NCBI GenBank assembly: GCA_040772685.1
Contig: JAXGXQ010000001.1
Location: forward strand, 639,324 to 703,323
Length of the DNA: 64,000 nucleotides
Direction: 5' to 3'
Origin: Clostridia bacterium
Lineage (GTDB): Bacteria > Bacillota > Clostridia > Saccharofermentanales > UBA5734
Shown: piece after piece, positions 26,869-34,678 of the stretch
Layout of the letters: each line of letters begins with the position of its first letter
Position numbering within the stretch: position 1 is the stretch's first letter
Notes under the pieces: generated by a model
Database searches by the model: none
The model's input: only the letters and a program-made list of their open reading frames with translations
What the model was told of the DNA's origin: nothing
Translations under genes and position numbers: made by a program

Positions 26869-27339
26869 TTAAAATCCTAAAGGTCCTTTCGGCACGAAGA
26901 CGCGCAGCAGCTGCACAAAGACATAGTAGACAGAAATTGTGGATATAAATCCGATCAACAGGATTTTCCACCATTTTTCACGGACCAGAACTATCTGCCA
27001 GACTACCATGAATACAAATGTGGCCAGCACGTAGCCGAGAGGGTCAATCAGCAGTGCATAAGCCAGGCTGATCAGCATCGCCAGCAACGGCTGCTTCCAG
27101 ATGCCATTCGCCCAGAGCGGCTCCGAAACCGGTTTTTTGCCAATGGTGTTAACCAGTACCCAGATTAAGGCGATTAAAGCTATGCCAGCGCCGCTGATCA
27201 GCGGGACAAAGCCGGAACCTGGTTTGGAAAACGAACCAAAGTTTAAAAACCTGTAGCTGTACTGAATGATGTAAACTCCAAACAGAAAAAACACTACACC
27301 ACTAATGATTTCCTGCCGGGTTACCTTCTCCTCATTCAT
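26869..27339 (-). CDS. tctB: Tripartite tricarboxylate transporter small permease TctB
   Basis: Start moved to ATG 27339 (AAAGGAGGAA upstream). About 156 aa, 4 TM, immediately upstream of tctA. Confidence 0.8.
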   Translation of the reverse strand: MNEEKVTRQEIISGVVFFLFGVYIIQYSYRFLNFGSFSKPGSGFVPLISGAGIALIALIWVLVNTIGKKPVSEPLWANGIWKQPLLAMLISLAYALLIDPLGYVLATFVFMVVWQIVLVREKWWKILLIGFISTISVYYVFVQLLRVFVPKGPLGF

Positions 27340-27451
27340 TCTTGTTCCTCCTTTCAAATATCTGTTAATTTGATGCGATATTACGGGGGGTTACAATATT
27401 GTTTCTGCTTCAAAAAAAGGCAGAAAACTATTCCCAATATACCAAATTTAA

Positions 27452-27503
27452 CTGATATATCAGATCGCATTTAAAAGATAGCATCATAGCCGTAATTAGT
27501 CAA
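27452..27503 (-). promoter_or_regulatory. Promoter plus palindromic operator of tctB-tctA-tctC1
   Basis: On the minus strand: TTGACT (27498-27503), 17 nt, TATCTT (27475-27480), 11 nt, perfect palindrome CTGATATATCAG (27452-27463). Confidence 0.6.
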
Positions 27504-27710
27504 TCCGTTGCTTTTAACCAAATAAGAGCGGCTGTTTTTGTCGTATCTGTTGATAGTAATGGAAAATAAATGTTTGTCAAATTTGTTTTTGACCGTAAAC
27601 GCTTGCAAACAAACCAATTGTTAAAACAGCTGTTCAGATGCTAACAGTTAGCTGTTAACTACTAAAAGTTGTCAGGTAAACAGCAGTGTGCCTCAATTGT
27701 AAGCTTCTGA

Positions 27711-27762
27711 TTGACGTCTTAATAATTGAATGCTAAAGTTGAGTTGACATCTGATATACCAG
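27711..27762 (+). promoter_or_regulatory. Promoter plus palindromic operator of the HpcH-aldolase gene
   Basis: TTGACG (27711-27716), 17 nt, TAAAGT (27734-27739), 11 nt, CTGATATACCAG (27751-27762). Spacing is the same as at the two tct promoters. Confidence 0.55.
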
Positions 27763-27864
27763 TTAAAACATACTTCTGCCCCCGCTGTTTGAACGTTATT
27801 ATTATATCGTAATACGGCAGCTCCTGAAACACTAAAACCAGCAAATTCAAGGAGGATCAATTCT

Positions 27865-28623
27865 ATGTCTATCAAAGAAAAACTTGCTTCCGGTCAAAAT
27901 GTTTACGGTACCATGATTCGCTTGCAGCGCAATCCGGCAATTTCATTTTTTGCACAAAACGCCGGCCTGGATTTCCTGCTCTATGACTGCGAGCACGGCT
28001 CGTATAATTTTGAAACCCTGCACGATATCTTTGTCACCGGCAACGCCATGGGATTCGACAGCTTTGTCCGCGTGGCAGAACTCAGCAAAGACTGGATTTC
28101 ACGTGCACTGGATTGCGGCGCTACCGGCATAATGGTGCCGATGACCGAAACCGCTGAACAGGCGAAAGAAATTGTGAAGTGGGCAAAATTTACACCTGTC
28201 GGCGATCGCGGCTATGGCAGCGGCCTGGCTCACTCCAATTACAAAGGCGGCGGCAAGCATGTTGACGTTATGGCCACCCAGAACAACCGAGTTGTTGTTA
28301 TCGCCCAGATTGAAACCGGCCTCGCAGTTGAAAACGCTGACGCGATTGCCGCTACTGAAGGCATCGACGTTCTGCTGATCGGTCCTAATGACCTTTCAAT
28401 TTCACTCGGGATTCCCGGCGACCTGATGAATCAGATCGAAATTGACGCTATCGCCAAAGTTGCCGCAGCCTGTAAGAAACATGGCAAGGCTTTTGGTCTC
28501 CATGCCGGCGCCAAAATGCATGAAATCTTCAAGGATGACGAACAATTCCGGATGCTCTCCACTGACTTGGACCTTCTGGCCAGCGGTTTTAAGAACATCA
28601 AGGAAACACTCGAACAGATCTAA
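27865..28623 (+). CDS. HpcH/HpaI family class II (2-keto-3-deoxy acid) aldolase
   Basis: 252 aa. DFLLYDCEHG, GIMVPMTETAEQA, VIAQIET and LLIGPNDLS match the HpcH/HpaI/RhmA pattern. AAGGAGGA RBS. Confidence 0.85.
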   Translation: MSIKEKLASGQNVYGTMIRLQRNPAISFFAQNAGLDFLLYDCEHGSYNFETLHDIFVTGNAMGFDSFVRVAELSKDWISRALDCGATGIMVPMTETAEQAKEIVKWAKFTPVGDRGYGSGLAHSNYKGGGKHVDVMATQNNRVVVIAQIETGLAVENADAIAATEGIDVLLIGPNDLSISLGIPGDLMNQIEIDAIAKVAAACKKHGKAFGLHAGAKMHEIFKDDEQFRMLSTDLDLLASGFKNIKETLEQI

Positions 28624-28644
28624 TCGCTCAAGCGGCCAATAAGG

Positions 28645-28680
28645 AGAGCCACAGCAATTTGCGCTGTGGCTCTTTTGTTT
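28645..28680. terminator. Bidirectional intrinsic terminator between the aldolase and the SDR
   Basis: AGAGCCACAGC-aatttgc-GCTGTGGCTCT followed by TTTGTTT. Confidence 0.75.
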
Positions 28681-28712
28681 CCAAAATATTTTTGTTTATT
28701 ATGTGTTTAAAT

Positions 28713-29513
28713 TTATTTTGCGGAGTTTGCTTTTTCGTCCCAGGAATAGCCCGGGTTTTGCACGCAGAATTTTGCGCCAGATATTTCAATGGCGCTGCCA
28801 TTCATATAATCTGCTGCCGGTGACGAGATAAAAACTATTGGTTTGGCCAGGTCTTCAGCTGTTCCAAGCCTTCGCATCGCGATATTAGCCACTAGCTTTT
28901 CGCGGCTGATTGTCGCGTATATGTTCTTAGTCATTTCAGTTTCAATCTGGCCGGGAATATAAGCAACCACTCTAATTCCATAAGCAGCAAGCTCGCCCGC
29001 ATAAGTACGGGTCAAACTTAGTACAGCGGATTTGCAGGCAGAATAGAGCCCGCGGCCGGCATTTGGAATTACAGCCGAAAAAGATGAAGCATTGACAATC
29101 ACGCCGCCCCGGCCTTTCATCAGGCGGGCTGCTTCATTGCTGCCGATAATAAATGATTTCAAATTGATATCAGCAAGAAACTGGTAATCATCTTCATCGT
29201 ATTCAGTCAAAGATTTGATTATATTGGCGCCGGCATTGTTTACCCAGATATCAATCGGCCCCAACGCTTCGCTCACGGCAGCAGCGAATGCTTCAACATC
29301 TTTCTTGAGTGTAACATCACAAGTACGATAAAAAAGCTGCTCTGCGAAACCTTCCCGGCGGAAGATTTCCGCTGCTGCAGTCAGTTTTTCTGCACTTCGG
29401 CCGCAGATCGCAACTTTCGCGCCTTCACGCGCATACTCCAAAGCGGCTGCCAGACCAATGCCGCTGCCGCCACCGGTAATTACAACTACTTTTTCACTTA
29501 GTCCCAGATTCAT
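28713..29513 (-). CDS. Short-chain dehydrogenase/reductase (classical SDR)
   Basis: Start moved to ATG 29513 (GAGGAG upstream). TGGGSGIG, NNAG, YSACKSAV (Y-x-x-x-K). Start overlaps the gntR 3' end by 20 nt. Confidence 0.85.
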   Translation of the reverse strand: MNLGLSEKVVVITGGGSGIGLAAALEYAREGAKVAICGRSAEKLTAAAEIFRREGFAEQLFYRTCDVTLKKDVEAFAAAVSEALGPIDIWVNNAGANIIKSLTEYDEDDYQFLADINLKSFIIGSNEAARLMKGRGGVIVNASSFSAVIPNAGRGLYSACKSAVLSLTRTYAGELAAYGIRVVAYIPGQIETEMTKNIYATISREKLVANIAMRRLGTAEDLAKPIVFISSPAADYMNGSAIEISGAKFCVQNPGYSWDEKANSAK

Positions 29514-30201
29514 TCTCAGTCTCCTCAGCTTGATTGTTTTTGTCCTTAAAAACGAATACGGCGACACGGCGAATATGTTTACGCATTGCTTCTTCAGCAC
29601 GGTTAGCGTCACGTTCCCGGATAGCCTCGAGAATAGCCAGGTGCTCAGCGTGATCATGCTCGGGAGCCAGTTTCGGCAAGTTCATGTTGACGGTGCGCAT
29701 TGATTTATCAATTGAGCGCATATTCCCCAACAATCCCAACAGGTAATTATTACGTGAGGCAGAACGCAAAATTTGATGAAACAGATCATTTCCTTCACTG
29801 ATCAGCTGCCGGTCTTCCTTATTGCCAAGCTCAATAAGGCGGCCAACCTCTGTCAAAGCCGCTGTCATTTGAGCGATTTCAGCATCGGTAGCTTTAATGG
29901 CTGCATAATAAGCAGCTGTCCCTTCCAGCGAGCTGCGGATAAAAGTGACTTCCTCCATGTTAGTTTTGGACATTGGCGAAATGTAGGAACCTTTTCGAGG
30001 AATCGAATAAATTAATCCTTCAGCCTGAAGAATGCGAAAAGCTTCTTTTACAGGGGTTGTACTGACGTTAAGCATCTGACTGACGTATCTTTCGCTGATA
30101 GTCTGGTTCCCTTTCAGTTCACCCTTAAGGATCATGACACGGACAATGTCAGCTACTTGTTCACGTATAGGTAAAGACTGGACAATCATATTTTGCGGCA
30201 A
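29494..30201 (-). CDS. GntR family transcriptional regulator, FadR/FCD subfamily
   Basis: N-terminal wHTH (ISERYVSQMLNVSTTPVKEAFRILQAEGLIYSIPRKGSYI) and a helical FCD-type C-terminus with His residues. Start is TTG 30201 or ATG 30189. Confidence 0.85.
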   Translation of the reverse strand: MPQNMIVQSLPIREQVADIVRVMILKGELKGNQTISERYVSQMLNVSTTPVKEAFRILQAEGLIYSIPRKGSYISPMSKTNMEEVTFIRSSLEGTAAYYAAIKATDAEIAQMTAALTEVGRLIELGNKEDRQLISEGNDLFHQILRSASRNNYLLGLLGNMRSIDKSMRTVNMNLPKLAPEHDHAEHLAILEAIRERDANRAEEAMRKHIRRVAVFVFKDKNNQAEETENESGTK

Positions 30202-30220
30202 TTACATCAACAACCCTTTC

Positions 30221-30266
30221 GAAAATATCCGGGGCGTGATCTGTTTATTTTCAGGCCACGCCCCGG
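30221..30266 (-). terminator. Hairpin/terminator after tctC2
   Basis: CCGGGGCGTG (30229-30238) pairs with CACGCCCCGG (30257-30266) across an 18-nt loop, followed on the minus strand by ATATTTTC. Confidence 0.5.
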
Positions 30267-30285
30267 TAACATAAGCAGCAGATGA

Positions 30286-31410
30286 TTATTTGGTTGTGGT
30301 CGGTTTGGCTTGCTCAGCAGCAATTGCTTCCTTAATGCCAAGTTCGTCAGACAGTTTCTTGTAGTCTTCAAAAGCGTCATGGAGGAATTTATCAAATGTC
30401 TTGGCATCCTGATACAGAACTGGCTGCAGCATATCCTGCATGGTCTTCTTGAATTCTTCGTCTTCGCAAATTTCTTTGAACAGTTTTTCGTAATAAGCAA
30501 CGATTTCGTCCGGCAGGCCGATCGGGCCGGCTACGCCTTTAACAGAACCCCAGGTTGCGAGATCAATGCCTTGCTCTTTCAGAGTAGGAACATCGGGCAG
30601 AGCCGGGTCACGCTCAGGCAGAGCAATACCGAGGGCACGCAGTTTGCCGGATTTCAGGTGAGCAGCGATTTCAGCCGGGTGGCCGCCGCCGAAGTCAGTG
30701 TGGCCGGCCAGCAGTGTTGTGGTGGCAGGTCCGCCGCCTGAATGCGGGATCGGGGTGACATTGATGCCGGCACGTTTGCCGATACCGCGCATAACAAAGT
30801 CAACAGAGCCGGCAGCAGTTGAGTTGGCTGCTGTGAGTGTTTTATTGTTGTTTTTGGCGTCATCAACGAGGTCTTTCATTGTTTTATAGGGAGAGTTTTC
30901 CGGCACCGCCACTGCCACAGAGTGGATTGAGATGCGGGCGATCGGGCGCAGCTGTTCAAAAGGTTTGTACTGAACAGGCTGCACGTAAGGCATAACGAGT
31001 TCAGAACCGGAACCAAAGCCGATGGCGATTGTATAGCCGTCAGGTTTAGCATTGGCAACAAACAGGTTGCCGGTAACACCGCCGCCGCCGGGTTTGACAG
31101 CAACTGTCAGGGGCTGGTCACAATGCTTTGACCATACTTTTTCAACTGCACGGGCGAGCAGGTCAGTTGAACCGCCTGCGCCGTAAGGCACGATCATGGT
31201 GATGCCTTCTTTAGGCTCCCAGGTTTTGGCAGCTGTTGTGGTAGCAACAGTTGTGCCGGCTGTAGTGCCTGCTGTGGTACCGGCTGTGGTGCCGGCTGTT
31301 GTTGCCGCTGTGGTTGTCGCGGTTGAACCGCAGGCAGCCAAAACCAGGGACATAATGACTAACAGGGCGATCATCATTACAGAAAAGGTCTTTCTCTTTC
31401 CGGAATTCAT
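30286..31410 (-). CDS. tctC: TctC/Bug family substrate-binding lipoprotein, copy 2 (paralog of 24134-25240)
   Basis: Lipobox LAAC, TTAG-repeat linker. Mature domain is roughly 85-88% identical to copy 1 by eye. Has its own promoter and terminator. Confidence 0.85.
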   Translation of the reverse strand: MNSGKRKTFSVMMIALLVIMSLVLAACGSTATTTAATTAGTTAGTTAGTTAGTTVATTTAAKTWEPKEGITMIVPYGAGGSTDLLARAVEKVWSKHCDQPLTVAVKPGGGGVTGNLFVANAKPDGYTIAIGFGSGSELVMPYVQPVQYKPFEQLRPIARISIHSVAVAVPENSPYKTMKDLVDDAKNNNKTLTAANSTAAGSVDFVMRGIGKRAGINVTPIPHSGGGPATTTLLAGHTDFGGGHPAEIAAHLKSGKLRALGIALPERDPALPDVPTLKEQGIDLATWGSVKGVAGPIGLPDEIVAYYEKLFKEICEDEEFKKTMQDMLQPVLYQDAKTFDKFLHDAFEDYKKLSDELGIKEAIAAEQAKPTTTK

Positions 31411-31535
31411 AACAGTATCTCCTTCTCTTTCCTTTGTTTCGGGTATTTTTGTACCGATGCTTTTGACTGCCTGAGAGGCACTCTGCTTCCCTCCTCCTTA
31501 CATCGGCACGCCTGATTAAATACAAGCTGGTATAA

Positions 31536-31587
31536 CTGGTATACCAGATCGCATTTCCAAGATATCACCATCTTACATATTAGTCAA
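31536..31587 (-). promoter_or_regulatory. Promoter plus palindromic operator of tctC2
   Basis: On the minus strand: TTGACT (31582-31587), 17 nt, TATCTT (31559-31564), 11 nt, perfect palindrome CTGGTATACCAG (31536-31547). An extra half-site CTGGTATAA lies at 31527-31535. Confidence 0.6.
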
Positions 31588-31732
31588 TCCGTTGCATATC
31601 GCTAAAAATACACCCGTTGCTTTGTGGAAAACGCATAAGAGTTTTGTTCAAAGCTTACCATGTTAAAATATTAATTTTTCCGAGAATTATTGGCTGATTG
31701 ACTGTAAATAATGGCAATGATACTGTAGCAAT

Positions 31733-32215
31733 ATGAAAATGCAACGACTGGATCCAAAGGCAAAATCGATGTGGCGTCTTTCGCGCGCCCTGGGCTTATT
31801 AATTGTAGCAGGTATCTGCGCAGGCGCTTGGTTTCTGATTTTCAGCCGCCTTACAGATATTTCGCTGACTCTCAGGTTGTTGATCGTAGTTGTGCCTGTC
31901 TTGCTGCAGCTGCTCAATCTGTTAATTTATCCAACGATTGAGTTTTTGCAGTGGGCTTATTTGATAACTCCGGACCGCATCGAAATTCATAAAGGCATCT
32001 TTTTTCATTCAATCGATATCATACCGATTTCACGCATTCAGCATGTCACTCAGTCTGAAGGCCCTGTCGCCAGACTTTTCAAGCTTGCTACCCTCTCAAT
32101 CCATACGGCGGGCGGTTCTTTCAAAATTGTTGGCCTGCGGCGGGAAACAGCCCAGTCTGTGGCTGACAGCCTCAAAGATGTGGTTAACCGCAAGCTGACT
32201 GAGAGTAAAGAATAA
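31733..32215 (+). CDS. YdbS-like bacterial PH domain (bPH_2) membrane protein
   Basis: Two N-terminal TM helices followed by ITPDRIEIHKGIFFHSIDIIPISRIQHV, typical of the membrane-flanked PH domain. Confidence 0.75.
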   Translation: MKMQRLDPKAKSMWRLSRALGLLIVAGICAGAWFLIFSRLTDISLTLRLLIVVVPVLLQLLNLLIYPTIEFLQWAYLITPDRIEIHKGIFFHSIDIIPISRIQHVTQSEGPVARLFKLATLSIHTAGGSFKIVGLRRETAQSVADSLKDVVNRKLTESKE

Positions 32216-33759
32216 TGGAACCTGTCCGCTGCCATTTTACAGTTATTCTTGAGCGCCTGTTCAAGGTCTACTGGCAATTACTGATAGCCATGGCTATTCC
32301 GCTGTTTTCCAGCGGTTTGGGCCAGGTCCGCGGCATAGCCATCTTGCTGTTTGCGGTCAGCTTTGTGATACTGGCCGGCCTGCAGGTGCTTTACTGGCTG
32401 AACACACGGTTGTATGCCGACGATGAACAGGTTTATGTGCGGTTCGGCTTTTTCTGGAAACGACAGCTGACTATCCCTTTCAGCAAAATTAATACTGTGG
32501 ACTTAAGCCGCAACCTGTTCCAGCGGATAGTGGGCACCTGCCGCCTCAAAATCGACACAGGCGCTGTCAGCGGCAAAGCCAAAGGGGGTGCCGAAACTGA
32601 TCTGGTTTTTAAGCTGGCTGATGCTGAACGGATCCGCGCCCATATTCTTTCGCTGCGGGGCGGTGTAGCTTCCTTACATAATGAGTTTGTTGATCTGCCT
32701 GCAGGTATGACAGAACCGGAGAGCATGCCTGACATTGAAGTCAGCGGTGCAAGGTACCGTCGTGACGATTCAGTCACAGGCAGTGAAACTGTGCTGTTCC
32801 GCGCCCAAACCCGCGACTTTTTTCTCTATGGCTTGACTCAGAACAAGGTACTGACCGGCTTTTTGTTAATCCTGTCGCTGGCGGCAACCGCGGGCGAATT
32901 TCTTGGCGAAGGCTTTTATGAACAGGTTTACGAGTTATTCAGCCAGGCTGGTGCTTTCCTTTCCCGGTTCGAACTGCTGGCGCTGATTATTGCAGTTTTA
33001 GTGATTTTTATTATTTATTACTTGCTGGCAAATATTATCAGTGTGCTGACAGCCGTTGTCCGGTTTTTCAACTTCAGGGTCAGCCGGGCCGGCGACGCCA
33101 TTCATATTGAATACGGCCTGGTTTCAGTACGCAGCTATACCATGCCGCTGCGCAACATCCACGCTGTTGTTGTTAAGCAAAACCTGCTGCGCCAATGGTT
33201 GAAACAATGCTCGGTTGAACTGGTATCTATCGGTTATGGTGATGACAACCATGAAGTGGCGTTGCTTTTTCCCCTGATACCTGTGACACGGCTTGAAGCG
33301 GCTTTGCGAGAGGTACTGCCTGAGTATGAAGGCACTTTAACCCGAACCAAAGCACCTGCCCGGGCGCGCCGCCTGTACCTCTTCCTGCCTGTTGCCTTAC
33401 TGCTGGTGCTTACAGCCCTTCCGGCAATCCTGTTACAACCCCTGATCTGGCTTAGCCTGCTGGTGACACTGCCTTTTTTAATCTGGACCCGCCTGCTCAA
33501 CCACCGGCATGCTTCAATCGGCTATTCGCCTGAACGGCTGGAGGTTACCACCGGCGGTTTCAATTACAAGGAATACCGCATTCGAATGGCCGCAGTTCAA
33601 TCAGTCAGCACCCACAGCAACTGGTTCAGCGAACAAATTGACCTGAAGAGCTACAAGGTTGATTATCATGCTCCTAAGCTGCGGGCTTCGGCCAATGTCA
33701 GCTTTTTGGCGGCTGAGCATCTTGAAGAGCTGCGGGAAATACCCAGTTTATTAAATTGA
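32215..33759 (+). CDS. YdbT-like membrane protein with repeated bPH_2 domains
   Basis: 514 aa, alternating TM pairs and PH-like modules (FSKINTVDLSRNLFQRIVG, LRNIHAVVVKQNLLRQ, RMAAVQSVSTHSNWF). TAATG overlap with the upstream gene. Confidence 0.75.
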   Translation: MEPVRCHFTVILERLFKVYWQLLIAMAIPLFSSGLGQVRGIAILLFAVSFVILAGLQVLYWLNTRLYADDEQVYVRFGFFWKRQLTIPFSKINTVDLSRNLFQRIVGTCRLKIDTGAVSGKAKGGAETDLVFKLADAERIRAHILSLRGGVASLHNEFVDLPAGMTEPESMPDIEVSGARYRRDDSVTGSETVLFRAQTRDFFLYGLTQNKVLTGFLLILSLAATAGEFLGEGFYEQVYELFSQAGAFLSRFELLALIIAVLVIFIIYYLLANIISVLTAVVRFFNFRVSRAGDAIHIEYGLVSVRSYTMPLRNIHAVVVKQNLLRQWLKQCSVELVSIGYGDDNHEVALLFPLIPVTRLEAALREVLPEYEGTLTRTKAPARARRLYLFLPVALLLVLTALPAILLQPLIWLSLLVTLPFLIWTRLLNHRHASIGYSPERLEVTTGGFNYKEYRIRMAAVQSVSTHSNWFSEQIDLKSYKVDYHAPKLRASANVSFLAAEHLEELREIPSLLN

Positions 33760-33817
33760 CATAACAGATTAAATAGACCAAAATTAACCATAGATTATTC
33801 TGAAGGGAGTACAGTAC

Positions 33818-34414
33818 ATGAAAAGCATGAAAGGCACCCGCACTGCTGAGAACCTGCTCAAAGCTTTCGCCGGTGAATCACAGGCCAGAAACCGCTATAC
33901 GTATTACGCTTCGGTCGCTGACAAAGAAGGTTATAAGCAAATTCGCAACATCTTCATTGAAACAGCAGATAATGAAAAAGAACACGCCAAGCGCTTCTTT
34001 AAGTTCCTGCTCGAAGGCTTGCAGGATGAACTGCCGACAATGGTGGAAATCAATAATGCCTCTTACCCGGTAGCCCAGGGAACAACTCTTGCAAATCTCA
34101 AAGCCGCTGCCGCCGGTGAACACGAAGAGTGGTCAGAACTATATCCTTCTTTCGCTAATGTTGCCGATGAAGAAGGCTTCCCGGAGGTTGCAACAGCTTT
34201 CCGCCACATTTCTGATGCCGAAAAGCGCCATGAAACCCGCTACAACAAGCTGGCACACAACGTCGAAACAGGCACTGTTTTCACCCGTTCCGAATCCACT
34301 TTCTGGAAATGCGGCAACTGCGGCTACATTACCGAAGCCAATACCGCGCCGGCTATCTGCCCGGCCTGTTTGCATCCGCAGGCACATTTTGAAATCTTTG
34401 TTGAGACTTACTGA
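33818..34414 (+). CDS. rbr: Rubrerythrin
   Basis: Diiron domain (TAENLLKAFAGESQARNRY, EKEHAKRF, EHEEW, EKRHETRY) plus C-terminal rubredoxin CGNCGY...CPAC. Confidence 0.9.
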   Translation: MKSMKGTRTAENLLKAFAGESQARNRYTYYASVADKEGYKQIRNIFIETADNEKEHAKRFFKFLLEGLQDELPTMVEINNASYPVAQGTTLANLKAAAAGEHEEWSELYPSFANVADEEGFPEVATAFRHISDAEKRHETRYNKLAHNVETGTVFTRSESTFWKCGNCGYITEANTAPAICPACLHPQAHFEIFVETY

Positions 34415-34502
34415 CATAGTGAGCTTTGCTCACAATCTGGTAAGGGTAAGTTAACCTTTTCGATCACAGCGCCTGGTGGCTTAATCGCCCCGGGCGTTGT
34501 TA

Positions 34503-34531
34503 TTGCATTATTATTCATATTTGTGTATATT
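34503..34531 (+). promoter_or_regulatory. Candidate sigma-A promoter of carB
   Basis: TTGCAT (34503-34508), 17 nt, TATATT (34526-31). Would give a leader of about 140 nt. Confidence 0.45.
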
Positions 34532-34557
34532 TATTAGCGGCTTATCAGCCAGCATAT

Positions 34558-34629
34558 CAGACAGCGGACTAAACCAGCAGATATCTACAGAAGGTACAGA
34601 CAGCGGGCAAAACCAGCTGAGTATCTACA
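34558..34629 (+). repeat. Two about 33-nt direct repeats (39-nt period) in the carB leader
   Basis: CAGACAGCGGACTAAACCAGCAGATATCTACA (34558-34589) versus CAGACAGCGGGCAAAACCAGCTGAGTATCTACA (34597-34629). A partial third copy lies at about 34545-34557. Confidence 0.8.
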
Positions 34630-34678
34630 ATCGTTAACTGAATCAACGAATAAATTTCTACGCCATGGGAGGCAGCTT

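Noticed and set aside
27693-27875. 60-aa minus-strand ORF in the tctB/aldolase intergenic region
   Set aside because: It overlaps the aldolase RBS and start and the predicted promoter/operator. It has no RBS of its own.
33756-33784. Possible rubrerythrin promoter (TTGACA 33756-33761, 17 nt, CAAAAT) and a search for a PerR box
   Set aside because: The -35 is good, but the -10 is weak and I could not find a convincing PerR/Fur palindrome. It is left unannotated.
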